The notes: a model not told the origin generated them from the sequence alone. A stretch of 64,000 nucleotides of DNA from Sarea resinae (GCA_026026165.1 JAPEUD010000045.1:62001-126000), one strand, 5' to 3'. Shown: positions 24,552 to 37,706, counted from the first letter of the stretch. A program made the numbers and translations.

Positions 24552-27500
24552 TCAATCATGAATGCCAAAAACCCGCCTCAACATGGGAAACTTCTTCTTC
24601 TTCCCCGTGCGTCCAGATACAGGAGCGCCTTCTATCGTCGTCGTGAGAGTGGAACGACGAACGCCGAGCTCCGGTCTCGACGTGGCCGGTAGCCCGTCAG
24701 CCGTACTCGGTCGATCGTCGCCATCGACAGTGCTGCCGGGCGACAGAGGCCAGAGATCGGGAACCACACCCTGCGACGGGTTGATTCCCTGTGGTGTGAT
24801 CCGTCTTTGCAGCTTCGGGGGGCGAGGAGAATTGTTCGCACTGGTCGTCTTCCCCGCGTGGATCTCGGCCATGCTCCTTTCGAGAGGAGTGTCTCTTCGG
24901 GCCGCACTCTCCATGTCGGCCTTTGCGACCTTGGATGTATCCTTGCGTCTTCCTAGAGCGCCGAAGATGGATTTTTTCTTCTTCTCCCTTCCTGGAGACG
25001 CAAATGATGCATCACGAATGTCTTGATCCGAAATGCCCTGTCGAAGTGATCCAGCAGCAAGAGCGCTACCCTCCCGAGAATCCGCTCTCGCGCGGCCAAT
25101 GACAGGCGCGTCAACCGCTCTCGCAGCCACGGCCCTCGGACTGACTGCACTTTCATCGGCTGAACTGTCAGAGAGATCCGTGGACTCTCCGTCATCATTG
25201 GCTTTCCGCGGAATACCGCGTACGGGAGTTAGATTCGACGGCACCTTCATCGGAGCGACTGAGTCTTCGTCATCGGAAGAATCAGCGAATCGGCTGCTGA
25301 ACTGTGCGCGAGACGGCTCTTCATCACTTGAACCACCGCCGAATCGGCTGGAAAACCGTGATCCGCGGCTAGGAGGTTGCTTGGGTTTCGACTTGCCAAA
25401 CAAAGGAAATCGGCTAGGCGACATTGGCCGTGGTTTCTGGGCCGACGACGTAGAGTCTATGGAACCTCTCATCGTTGGACGCATGGTAGACATACCTCCA
25501 CCAGGTGGGCTGAAAGGTCTTCTTGACGAACCCGTAGGCGACAAAGACCGGATACTGAATCTACTTGATCGAACAGCGGGATCGTCTGAAGACATGGGCC
25601 TTTGCTCGGATGGAATCGGAGGAGCACCTCTCATGGTTTGCTTCAGCGAATAACGTCCTTCGGCACTAGAGGGCCGTAGCTTTCTGAAACTGCTATCCGA
25701 ATCACTTCCATTCGACAAAGCCCTTCTCGGCCCAGGCTTTACGCCTGGGTTGGCGTGACTGGCGGCAGCCACGGAGAGAGGTCTTGGCACCTGCTTCTGC
25801 AAAGTACCTCGACCTCGGCCCTGTCCATCGAAAGATTGTCTGGGAGAATCTGCAGGGCTGCCACGCATAGATGAACGCATTTGACCATTGCGCATAGTCC
25901 TGCGCATCTGAGTCTCGGGTACAGCCTCTGCTGGCGGAGATCGCATGGACTTCTTCATGAGATTCGGACCCTCGGTCCGAGTGGATTCTCGGTATTGCTG
26001 ATCCGGCCACGGAGGCAATGGAGGCTGGCCGGCATTCACGGTGCTCTTCTTTTTCTTCTTTTTCGGTTTCGCGACAGTATTGGTGGCAGCAACCGTTTGG
26101 ACGGGAGGTGCAGCTGTCGGCTCAACCACACGTTTCTGCTGATCATTGACGCTACTCCAATGCGCGCGAGCCTTATCCCAATCCTTTTCGGCCTCAAGGT
26201 CTGATTCATTACCTTCGTCCACTTGAGAAAGAGGTTCGCTTCGTCCTTGCAGTTGGATAGCAGGACTATCAGGAGGAGTAGTGATGGCTTGGCCGGGGGT
26301 TGGTTTGGTCGCAGGACTCTCGATGATAGCATTTATCGAGCCAAAGCCGTCGCCCTCCAAGTCAGAAAGATCTTCCGCGGCATCGCTATAGATACTACCA
26401 GCAGAATCGTCGGATTCCTCTGATTCATCTTCTTGTCGTGGCTTGGTTCCACCTTGAACAATGGTATCAGGAGGCAGAGCTTGACCATCAGAAGGACCAT
26501 CGCCCTTTGACTCGGTGACTCTAGACGGTACGGCATCCGAGTTCGCTCCAGCCTTGTTCTGATCTTCCGGGGCAATGCCGGGGAAACCGCCAGGTATATG
26601 TAGCCATGCATCCCTGGATTGCTCCAAGGTAGGCGTTGGCTGGACTACCTCGATCGAGGGTACTGCAGGATGTTCCGCTGGAGCGGATTCGGATACCCCG
26701 CTGGTCTCCGAAGAGATACCTTGGAGAAATCTCGCCGTCGACGGGCTGATTCGTCTGGTATCCTCTGTGCTCGTGATACTTTCGTCGGCCGTGGTATCGC
26801 TAATGTCGTCGTCATGAGTTGTCGAAGGAACAGTTTCCTCAGTCACAGATTCGACCGGATGTCCATTACCGGGAGAGGTCTTCTCAGCAACATCTTGGGC
26901 TATGACAGACCCTAAAGCATGATCACTAGACATTTCAATCCGATCCCCCGTCGAGCTAGTAAAGACAGGAGCGGGATCTGCAACATTGTCGGGAACGGTA
27001 TCTGCAACCTTTTCCGGTTGGATGTCACCATCGTCCTGCTCCTTCCGGCTTCGCACACTTCCAAAAGACGGCAGAGCAGGCCTGGGCTTCATGGTATCAT
27101 CAAACTCTTCCGGGTCGTCGTGCTTCTTGCCCCGTCCGAAATTAAACCAGCCCTTTTTGCCCGTTTCCTTGTTTTGAGGGCTGAGGACGACGGGAGAGTC
27201 GGGGCTGGTAGGTGGACTAGCACTTCGACCAACAACCACGGAGTCTTCGTCGAAGCTGACCCGGACGTTGCGCTTTTTCTTTTGCGCGGATTTGACGCCG
27301 TCTTCAGACATGATCGATGTGTTGTCTGAAGCCTCACTGGGCGTTGAGCCACGACCCTTGCCAGAGCCAACGCCCAGTGTGCTAAGCGGGGATTCCGACC
27401 TCGGCGAAGGCGAGTGTTTGAGTGCAGATTTAGCGGGAGAGAGCGAGCGTGGAGGAGGCTGATGCATCATTCCTTCGGGCGTGTCCAGTAACGGGGCAGA

Positions 27501-28992
27501 CGAGAAGCGAGTAGACCTGGACGGACTCAGAGACTGAGGCCTTCCACCCCGGATACTCCCATTTCCTCGTCCTAGGGTCGTTTGCTCGGAAGCGGGACTT
27601 GGCTGAGGCGCTTTGGGCGCGTACTGCGGCGCTGGCACACTTGCGGAGCGGTTATGCTGCTTCGCCGCTGGAGCTCGGGCTGACGAGGGGCCTCTCATTT
27701 GGTTCGAAGGCCCTCTTGGTGGCGTGCCGAAATTGGCAGCTCGGTCGCTCTCCTCTTCTGCCTCCTCGAGTTCTCGATTCTCGTGAACGACAGAGGGCTG
27801 TTTCATTAGCAGGCCAGCTGCTCGTGTGTTGTAAGAGCGAGGACGGTCCGGTGAAGGCGGTTCTACTGCGCCACCGTCCGGTACAGATGCCGCAGGAGGA
27901 GTGGCTGTTTGAACCTGCACTGGAGGTGTGGCCTTCTTCTTCTTTTTCTTCACTGGTGCGGCTTGTATCGGCACCACGCCCGCCTGCCCAGCAGGCCCAG
28001 CAGCTGGTTGCGACGGCGCTGGCGGACCTTCATCAACAGCCGAGCCCATAGGCTTTCCTCCCATACCACCGTGAGCCAGGTGACTTCCTTCGGCTATATT
28101 TTGAGAGAGGGCCTTTTTCTTCTTCTTGACCGGTTTGTTGGCAGCATCTTGTACGGCGCTTTCCAAGAATGAAGCTTCACTAGGCTCCAATCCATTTTTC
28201 GAAATGGCTAGAGGCGAAACGGCGCGATCTCCAAGCGGGGATGCCAATCGCCTGCCACCTGTGGGCGAAGCTGGAGGAGAGGTCCAGGATTTCTTTGGGT
28301 ACGAAAAGTTGATCGAGTTTCGGCTATCCGGGCGCTCCAACTCTTGCACACTCCCAAGACTGGTGACACGTTGTGCCGCTATCCTACTCGGTGATGTCGG
28401 AGCTGCTGTCGATGCTGGGCCTCTGTCAAGACTGACACCACGGCCTGACGCTTTCGGTGGCGGAGACCCGACGCGAGGAGCAACGCGGGGAATAGGATCG
28501 ACGCTGGCGGCTCTCCGCTTTGACTTTTTGGGTATCGCAGGTATTCCCGCTGGCAGCGCAGGGACAGGAGGTGCATCCGGCCGCGGTCCGGAGATACTGG
28601 CTCGATTGGGAGAGGGATCTCGGAAGGTCCTCTCGGTCATCGATCCGGAACTGTTGGCTCGCTGCAGCCCCTTCCCGGGCCCACGTATGCTTCCGGTGGT
28701 ACTACCAGCGTACGAGGATGTAGACGCCTGCCGCCGGACCGTCCGCTTGGTCTGGACTTGACTGACTGGTGGCTCGTTGAAAGGGTTGTTTTTGAGCGCC
28801 GCGGCAGCGGCAGCGGATGAAAGGCTGGCATTGGAGGCTCGGGAGGAGAGAAACGCTTGGGCGGCGGCGGATGCGGCATTCGGATCGGGATTTTTATTGA
28901 TTGGCTGTCGCTGTTAGTACTGTTGTAGACCGAGTGTGGCAGAGATGGCGACTCACAGGACTCGACTGCGCCCTTTTCCGGCGGCTGAACAT
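24552..28992 (-). CDS. Large disordered Ser/Pro-rich protein (~1462 aa), Seg1/Sle1-like eisosome scaffold candidate
   Basis: Exon 1 is MFSRRKRAQSSP (28957-28992). Intron 28905-28956 (GTGAGT..CTAAC..CAG). Exon 2 begins PINKNPDPNAASAAAQAF..LSSAAAAAAL and runs in frame into ORF 24552..28640. Polybasic C-terminus GKKKKFPMLRRVFG. The gene model is solid; the family call is inferred. Confidence 0.75.
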
Positions 28993-30349
28993 TGTCTGCT
29001 ACTCAGGCGGCTCGCCTGAAGCACTCTGGGGTCAAGGAGAAGCAATGTCGGGAAGTTGGTCAAGATGATGGCATGAGTGAGGTTGGCGATGCGCTGGCGA
29101 CGAATGATGATGTCGAAGGAAGGACCTCCTTGGCAAGCGAGCAGCAGGAATCAGTAGCTTCGAAGAGCGGTCAAGCGCATTTTGACGAGGAACAAAGAAC
29201 GTCCGTAGCGATCAATGGAGAAGCGGTGATGGATGGCTTGGAGAGGCAACGTGAGGTCGGTAATGATCGATGGCGATGATGATGAGGAGGATGATTGATG
29301 AAGTGGATGGAGGAGTGGATGAGGTGAGGTGCGAAGGAGGATTGTTGGTGTTGCCGAAGGACCCAAGGATGTCCGTGCAAGGTATTGTTGTGGAAGGCGC
29401 AAATGAATGACGGGGGGGCACAGTGACAAGTGTCGACTTGGCGCGACTATGACGAAGCTATGGAGGCGCAAGTTGCGGTGGAGTACCCGAGTGCTGCGGT
29501 GCGCAGTAGATGCAGATCCAGATCAAGATTTGGATGAGCAGTAGAGCCGGTCTCTGCTTGGAAACGCGACCACCAGCTCCAGCGTGACGGCGGCGGTCAG
29601 GTAGTGCCAAGTACCGGGTGGGCGCCGAGGTGTGCCAGCGCTACCGACGAGTACCTCGCCATCATGGTCGGTCTCGTCAACATCAACACGATCAACACGA
29701 TGCGAAAGACTCGCCGATCCAAAGGGAGGAGTCGGTATCCCACGCACCGCAGGAGCACGGCGCCGTACCAGACTCGATCACGTAACGGCTTCCTCAGGGC
29801 TGTCTGTCGGCCCCTTCAACGGTGTCGTCTTCACCCGGTCGGAGCATTGCCCGTGCAGACAGCGCATCTCCAGCTCATCTGCTCCACTCCACGCTACTCT
29901 ACTCATACATAGTAGTACGAAGTACACTAACTCAGGTACTGGCGGCCTCCCCACCTGGTCTAGACTGCAGCGCGGACTCGTCCAGGAAGGCCGCAATCAT
30001 CCGTGCGGTGCTTCTACCCTGTCGCCTCGACCAGATCGATTGCCTGCGCGGTCAATAGGGGATCGCATGAGATGGAAAAGATGAAGAGGCAGCACGAGAG
30101 GGAGACGGAGATGCAGATGCAGCATTGACACTAGCCCTACTGCTCCCCGCAATTGCCGAGACTCTGAACATGCGTCACCATCCCGTATCAACATGCACCG
30201 ATCCATCGTGGAGATCCACTCCGTCTGACGTGCATCGGCAGCATCAATCCTTTGCCGTGTTCTGTATCTAGCATCTTACCATCCATATAACGTCCATGTT
30301 GCCACTCCACTTTGGAACTCCTGAGTCTTCGTCGTGATACTTAAGGTAG

Positions 30350-31750
30350 ATGGCCGACCTCCCGCCCCTGCCGCTGCCCCCGGGGATAACCTCATCCCTT
30401 ATCCCCTGCCCAGCCGTCAACCTCCAATTCCACGTTCTCTCCTCCGGCGACGACCACGGCGACAACCACGGCGGCGACCCGGACACCCCCCGCCCGCTCC
30501 GGCCCCTCATCGTGCTGCTGCACGGCTTCCCCGAAATCGCCTACTCATGGCGAAAAGTATTGCCATTGCTCTCAGCAGCAGGCTACCACGCCGTGGCCGT
30601 CGACCTGCGCGGCTACGGCCGCACGACGCCTCTGCGGCCGTCGGAGAACCCCTCGAGCGACCCGCGCACGCCGTTCGAGGCATCCGATCTTGACGACTAC
30701 CGCCTCACGCGGCTGGTGACGGACATGGTGGCGCTCGTGCACGCGCTCGGCCACCGGCGCGTGGCGTGCATAACGGGGCACGATTTCGGCGCCGTGCCGG
30801 CCGCGCTCTGCGCCCTCGTCCGCCCTGACATGTTCCGGTCCCTGCTGCTGCTCTCGCACCCGGTGACGGGGATGCCGGATCTGCCGTTCGACACGGCGCC
30901 GGGACACGCCAATGATCCCGCCTCGGGAGCGGCGAAACCAGACCACAGCTCCAAAGAGGAAGACGAAGACCAGGGACCGAACATCTACGCGGCCCTGGCC
31001 CAGCTGTCGCCGCCCCGCAAGCACTACAAGCAATACTACGCGCAACCGCACGCCAACGCCGACATGATGGCCGCGCCCCAGGGCCTGCGCGCCTTTCTGC
31101 GCGGCTACTTTCACCTGAAGTCCGCGGCCTGGGCAGGCAACGCACCGCACGCGCTCTCGGGCTGGACGGCGACCGAGCTGGCCAATATGCCGGCGTATTA
31201 CATCATGCCGCTGCGGTCGACGATGCCGGAGGCCGTTGCCGAGGCCATGGCATCGATCCCGTCGGCCTCGTCCTCGTCCTCATCCTCATCCATGCCCTCC
31301 TCATCTTCGTCCCCAAAGACCAACCACGACGACCCCAACCCCAACCCCGAACCCGAACCCGACCACGACGACCACGACGACCACGACGACCACGACCCCC
31401 TCCTCCCCTTCCTGCCCCCCTCATCCCTAACAGTCTACACGACCGAATACGCACGCACGACCTTCCAAGGCGGGCTCAACTCCTACCGCCTACAATTCTC
31501 GCCCCGCCACCTCTCGGACCTGCTGCTGTACGCGGGCGCGCACATCACGGTACCGGCGCGCTTCGTGGCCGGCGAGCGCGACTGGGGCATGTTTCAGGTG
31601 CCGGGCGCGCTGGAGAGCATGGCGCGGTATTGTCGGGACTGGAGGGGCGTGGGGGTGGTCGAGGGGGCGGGGCATTGGGTGCAGCAGGAACGGCCGGCGG
31701 AGGTGGCGGGGGAGGTTTTGAGGATGGCCGGGCTGGGTGGGGGAGAATAG
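30350..31750 (+). CDS. Epoxide hydrolase (alpha/beta hydrolase fold)
   Basis: HGFPEIAYSWR, DLRGYG, GHDFGA (Asp nucleophile) and GAGHWVQQE motifs. Confidence 0.92.
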   Translation: MADLPPLPLPPGITSSLIPCPAVNLQFHVLSSGDDHGDNHGGDPDTPRPLRPLIVLLHGFPEIAYSWRKVLPLLSAAGYHAVAVDLRGYGRTTPLRPSENPSSDPRTPFEASDLDDYRLTRLVTDMVALVHALGHRRVACITGHDFGAVPAALCALVRPDMFRSLLLLSHPVTGMPDLPFDTAPGHANDPASGAAKPDHSSKEEDEDQGPNIYAALAQLSPPRKHYKQYYAQPHANADMMAAPQGLRAFLRGYFHLKSAAWAGNAPHALSGWTATELANMPAYYIMPLRSTMPEAVAEAMASIPSASSSSSSSSMPSSSSSPKTNHDDPNPNPEPEPDHDDHDDHDDHDPLLPFLPPSSLTVYTTEYARTTFQGGLNSYRLQFSPRHLSDLLLYAGAHITVPARFVAGERDWGMFQVPGALESMARYCRDWRGVGVVEGAGHWVQQERPAEVAGEVLRMAGLGGGE

Positions 31751-32826
31751 AGAGAGGGTGAGAGAAATAGAGAGGGGGGAGGGGAGGTAAAGGGGTAAAG
31801 GAGTAAATAGTCAGAACCTGTAGGACACGAGCATAACGACTAATGACAATAATGCTAATAGTAAAATAACATACTAAATATTTTCTCTCTCTCTTCTCTT
31901 TTCATCCTTCTGTCTCTCTCTTAACCTATAACTTTTCTACTTACTACTTACTAACTTTCTCTCCTTTCTTCTCTCTTGTTTTCTCTTCTACTATATATCA
32001 CTCTCTCTCTCTTTTATATATATATATATATATATATATTACGCTCTCTTCTTGCTCTCTTTACCTCCTACTAAGCAACTCTAACCTACTTAGACCTACC
32101 TCTTCTGAATATATCTCTATCTTTCTACCTTCTCTCTCTCCTCTTCTCTCTCTAACCCTCTCTCTCTAATCTATCTACTCTACCTCCTCTCTTTAAATTA
32201 CCTACCTACTACCTTATTACCTCTCTACCTCTCTCTCTTCTAACTACCTACCTCTTTAACCTTCTCTTCTTTACCTTCTCTCTCTTACCTCTTTACTTTA
32301 CCTTACCTACTTAAATCTAACCTACGTCCTTTGAAAAGATAAATCTCTGGCTATTATTACCTTAGTATCTAAGAGTATAAGAAGCTTTTAGCTATAAGAG
32401 AGTTTGTTATGATGTTTATAGGTTTATCAGTAGGTGAGTAAGTAGGTGTAGAGGTGTATAAAGAGATAGGTAAGTAGGCAGGTTAGAGAGAGGAGGTAGG
32501 TAGGTAGGTAGGTAGGTAGGTAGGTTAGAGAGGTAAGGTTGTAAGGAGGTAAGTAGGTCGGTAGGTCAATGTATAAGGAGATAAGGCAGGTTAGAGAGAG
32601 GTAGGTAGGTAGGTAGGTGAGGTTGTAGGTAAGAGAGTAGGTAAGAGAGTAGATCGCAACACCTATCCCTCCCTCTTCACACTGACACAAACATACCTTA
32701 CCCACCTTACCCACCTTACCTACCTTACCTAAAGGTAAACATAAGGTACGTGAGGAACACACCCAGACAGAGACAGAGACACACATACATACATACATAC
32801 AGTATATAAGGTATACACTTACTGCG

Positions 32827-32860
<34 letters not shown>
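31751..32860. repeat. AT-rich low-complexity/microsatellite tract: (TA)n, (CT)n, (CCTA)n/(TAGG)n, (CA)n
   Basis: Pyrimidine-rich arm at ~31880-32330 and purine-rich arm at ~32430-32650. TpA is abundant and CpA/TpG scarce by eye. Confidence 0.8.
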
Positions 32861-32861
<1 letters not shown>

Positions 32862-33445
32862 GTGCCTCTCATACTCCCGCCGCACGTCACGGCGAAGAGA
32901 ACACACGAGAAGAGTGCCTCTCCCACACAAAACGTCCAACAGTATACACAATCTCATACGAACAAACAAACAAGCAAGCAAGTAAGCCAAGCGAGTCATA
33001 CGGCACATCAACACTCTACAACCATCGGCGCCCTCGACGAACGGGGAACATGTGGGCAGAGGGGGAAAGACGGATTCATTCAAATTGATCATCCTCTCTT
33101 TTTCTTTTCTAATTGGGGGCTCAAGGGCGAGGTAGATCGCCCGTGATGCTCTGCAATGGTGGTGGTGGTGATTTGTTCCCCCAAAGAATGTGGGGGGGAA
33201 TCTGGATACACGAAGCGCGAATTATGAAGATGCCAATGTGACGGACAGAAACAAACCCCGCCCGAGAGAGACGGGGACAGGTAGATAAACGCCGGACTCG
33301 GAGACGCCAGCCGAGTAAACAAGAGATGACGTGGTATAAAAACAAAAAGAGACGACCTTTCCATCCCTTCTCCCTTTCCCGGCACGTCGGATTGGAAACC
33401 AAAAAAAAAAAAACTCCAAGATCGACCGTTCTTTTCGTCCTCGTC

Positions 33446-34232
33446 CTACAGCCAGGCGACGCCCATGGCAAAACTCGCCAGCAGCGGTATCGAGAACCAG
33501 GCCGGCACCAGCGAGAGCACCGAGTCGGCGCCCGACAGCGCAGCAGCAGTAAAAACGAGGTCGAAGCCGATGGCCGAGTCGTTGAAGCAGTTCTGCGGCG
33601 TGACCTCCTCGACCTCTTCGGACCCGTTTTCGACAAAGGTGATATCGACGCACTGGTGCAATGGTCAGAAAACGGTGCATCATTGGAAGACACAGGCAAC
33701 ACTTACGTTGAAGATGCCGGCGCCGTGCTTGGCGGCCTCGACGATCTGAATCGTGGCGTTGGTTCCCACGGCCACGTTCGCCAGCGGCGCGTTCGTCGGC
33801 AGCGGAACTTGAGGCAGGCAGAAGCCCTTTCCGGGGTAGGCGTCGTTGGTGGGACCGAGGATCTGGAAGACGGGCACCATCGGGTTGCTGTAGTTGGGCG
33901 GGTTGGTGCCGAAGCCCATGTTCACGTACATGAAGGCGGTCGAGTGGCCTCGGAACCAGCCCGGTTGCACGGCGACGGCGCCGCCGCCGATGGGCCATTT
34001 CGTCCGGTTCGTGGTCATGGGCATGCCGCCGCCTGTGGGATGGATTGTCAGCTGGAAGCAAAGGAGAGACAAGTGGAAAAGACGCACATGGATACATCCA
34101 TTGCATGCCATAAGGGAAGGTCGCGTTCGTGTGGAGGTTGTCGCCTCTCCAGCCGGGATAGGTGATGATGGTGTGCGCCGAGACCAGCGAAGTCGTCGCC
34201 AGGACGACCAACGAGAGAAGAGAGAAGCGCAT
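33446..34232 (-). CDS. GPI-anchored copper-binding LPMO-like protein (BIM1/X325 family)
   Basis: Signal peptide followed by His (SA|HTIITYPGWRG). Motifs YPCGG, NRTKWP, FCLP, NATIQIVE and FNCVDITF, plus a hydrophobic GPI tail. Introns at 34033-34087 and 33653-33706. Confidence 0.85.
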
Positions 34233-35707
34233 GGTGAAGGAGGTCGAGATGGGCGGCACGACAGTGCTTCTAGCCAGCGTAGATGGGTCGATGTTCGTTT
34301 GCTCGTTTGCGCGTTCAGCTCGTCCGACGAAAGAAAGATGGAAAGAAAAGAGCAAAAGAGATGAACGGCAAAGGCCAGCAACGGCGACGACGGATAGTAA
34401 GCTGAGAGAAGAGATTCGTAGACGGATGGATTGATGCTTCGCTCGAGTCGCTGTGGCGGCCGGGCGGTCAGATGCTTAAGAGGGGGCGGCGGCATCGAGG
34501 CAGCCATGGACCGACTGGCCTTGACTGGCCTTGACTGGCCTTGACTGGGCGGATGGGGATAAGCAGCGGCGGCAGCACGCAGGCAGGGACAGCGACTAGC
34601 CCGTGATGGGGGGATGGCTTTTCGCATCTCAGCGGTACGAGGGCTGGGACGGGCAGACGTGAGTGGTTACCAGCAGAGCCGATCGATCCATGCTGTGTGC
34701 GGTCTTGCTCCAGGGCGCATGCGCACTCTCGCAGGCCTGGCAGGTCTCGCAGGTCTCGCAGGTCTCGCCGGTCTCTTGTGCGACCAGCAGTGCCCATCTT
34801 ACTCTACGATGTAGTATGTGCCATGACCTCGCACTCCTCGCACACCTCGCACACCTCTGGTGATCTGCGAGCGGGCCAAGGCCAATCACGGCGGGCAATC
34901 CGCCATCTGCAGTGTCTGCAGTGTGATGGCCGGGCAGGGCAGGGGCTCGAGCAGTGGTCGCGCCCTCGAGGACCCTGGAGCGACCTGGTAGCAAGTACTG
35001 GTGACTTGTGCCGACGCCTCGGCTCCGGTGGTGCCCCAGGTACCCCGACTACGATACCACGATAAGGTAGCGCCCGCCCTCTCTTCCCCACCACTCACCC
35101 GCATCGAATACGCGCCCGTACGGATCGAGGACGACGGACTACTACACATCAATGCACGTTCCACCTGCCGACACTGCTCGACACCAACCAACCGCGCCCT
35201 CTCGCGGCGCCACCCCTCGACGCACCGGCGCCGTGCCGGCATCAGGCCGCGTGGAGTCAGCTCACGTCGGCGGCAGCGAGGAGCAAGTCATGGCTCGAGC
35301 GATAAATATGGAAACCGAGTCAAGGATGAGCGGCCGTCCGTGGACATCACGATGCTGAAGCGCTCGGGAAGGCAGGGACGAAGAGCGAGTGGTGGTGTAG
35401 ACGAAGACGAAGCTGCAGAGTACAGAGTCCAGAGTCGGTCGAGGAGTGGTGAGTGTGAGTGGTGCGGGCGGTAAGACAAGCCAAGGAGAGCACGAAGTGC
35501 AGAGTAGAGTATTCGTCGTACCTTGGTGCCAGTCGTGCCAGTAGTTCCCGTCGGCCAAGCACCGCCCGCACGCAAGCTTACCCGGCGCCTCGTCGCCAAT
35601 CGGATAAGCCCCATCTGATAACGATCGATGATCGCAAAATGCCTACCTACCTAGGTATCTATTCCATCCAAGAGATCAATCGCCCATCTCAGGCCACCGC
35701 ATCCAAG

Positions 35708-36482
35708 ATGCCCCATTCAACCCGCAAACATCGACCCTCGCCCAGCAGCAAGAGACGCTTTCTGCCCTCCTCCAACGGTGACGGCTGGACCCACGTCCTC
35801 ACGACCCACCACAAGCCCTCCACTCATGGCTCCTCCACCGCGCGAAAACCACTTCAGCCTGCCGACATCCCGCCCGGCCTGACGCTCGAGAAACTACATG
35901 CCGAATACGCACGGCACCTGCAGATCTTCCAGGCGTCCGAATGCTGGACACAGCTACGAGCGATGCTGGCAGAAGCCGTCTTGCCATCCCCGTCGTCGTC
36001 ATCGGACGAGAAGAAGAAAAGGACAGACGATTGCGTCTGTGTCGGCCTAGGCAGTCCGTCGGACCCGATATCCAGACGGATAACGCTCTTCCAGCTCGCG
36101 GCCCTCGAATCGATCCTCTCGCTGCTCGGTACGTCCATTTATCGTCTTCATCATCAACTCTATCTCTGTGTAAATGCATACATACCCAGACTGACACGCG
36201 AGACCTCCAGACACAAGCCCCTCGCACCAGCCTCTGAAAACATACGCCCAAGACCCCGTCTTCAACGCCCTCGACACGGCCTTCCTGACCTCCCTGCCCC
36301 GTCCCCTCGACATGACCATCGTCGCCGATCCGGCCGCCGTCGCCCTGATCAAGCCCTCAACGCTGGTCTATGCACCTCACTGCGAACGCTCGTTCCTGCT
36401 GCCCGCTCTGCACGGTCGAAACCCAGCCATGCTGTTGGGAAACGACATGGACGCTCTATTGACGGGGTAAGTCGTCGTCGTT

Positions 36483-36524
<42 letters not shown>

Positions 36525-36856
36525 GGTCGGCTCTTTTGGCGCATCTCTCTCATGACGGAGCCCCTTGCTAATGACGAGCGTGAAATAGACCACTCTCGTC
36601 CTCGCTAGCGCCGCCGGAGACGGAGACAGCACGGACATTTCTACGGCACCGGACGAGTCGACGATTCCCCGTCTTCGAGCCCTTGGAGGCTGCGTTCAAC
36701 GATACGCGCGTCTACTGGACGGAGGATGGGGATGAGGATGAGAATGATGCATCCATTTCCACCTCTACCCCCACCTCCACCTCTACCGACGCCGACGCCG
36801 ACGCCGAGACGAAAATCCAAACCAGGGCCGAGCATGCCACATCCACATCCTCGTGA
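35708..36856 (+). CDS. SRR1-domain protein (Ber1/SRR1-like)
   Basis: Motifs DGWTHV, CVCVGLGS, QLAAL, YAQDPVFN, LVYAPHCE and AFNDTRVYW. Introns at 36129-36210 and 36467-36588. Confidence 0.85.
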
Positions 36857-37226
36857 TGAAAGGTGAGGGAACCGCTTCCACCATTCGCCTCACCGCCCCA
36901 AACCTCTCGATTCCCGGGGCTCCCTTCATCTCTCCGCAATACTGGTAAGATGGACATCTCCATCGAGTGCTTTGCGTGCCGTCCCTACCTAGCATCGCAA
37001 ATAGCCCAACACCCTTCCTGGGCCCTGTCATGTACTTTTCGTCTGTGGTTCCTTTCTGCTCCTACCGCGAAGGGGATGGACGTTTAAGTGTAGAAAATGG
37101 CTCGCTCGCCCTGTCGCTCATGCATACACACACACGAGTGTCTTTACTCCCTACAGCACATCTATCTAGATCACAGACAGAGACAGAGAGAGGGAGGAAA
37201 GAGGGAAAGAGTACGCTCACATCTTA

Positions 37227-37230
<4 letters not shown>

Positions 37231-37274
<44 letters not shown>

Positions 37275-37634
37275 TCACTAGGTGTGTGTGTGAGAGAGAG
37301 AGAGAGAGAGACAAACCATCTACTCCCCCCCAAGAAGATTCAAGATGCAATCAAACTCGAAAGAGAAAGGTCTTGTTCTAGGAAGAAAGAAAGAAAGAAA
37401 GAAAGAAAGGAAGAAAGGAAGAAAGAAAGAAAGAAAGAAAGGAAGAAAGAAAGAAAGAAAGAAAGGAAGAAAGAAAGAAAGAAAGAAAGGAAGAAAGAAA
37501 GAAAGAAAGAAAGGGTAAAGACCAGGATAGACTACGAGAGCGAGGTGACTGGGGAGCGAGGGAGTAAGAGAATACTATATAGTAAGAGCGTTCAAGAGTC
37601 GAGGAATCAGAGCCAAGGAGACTTGACTACTTAT

Positions 37635-37702
<68 letters not shown>
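37231..37702. repeat. Compound microsatellite: (CT)n - (GA)n - (AAAG/AAGG)n - (CT)n
   Basis: Purine-only run at ~37380-37515 and pure (CT)n at ~37641-37702. Confidence 0.9.

Positions 37703-37706
<4 letters not shown>

Noticed and set aside
32427..33092. LTYL-repeat ORF (similarly 37284..37721 and 56181..56591)
   Set aside because: Artefacts of simple-sequence repeats.
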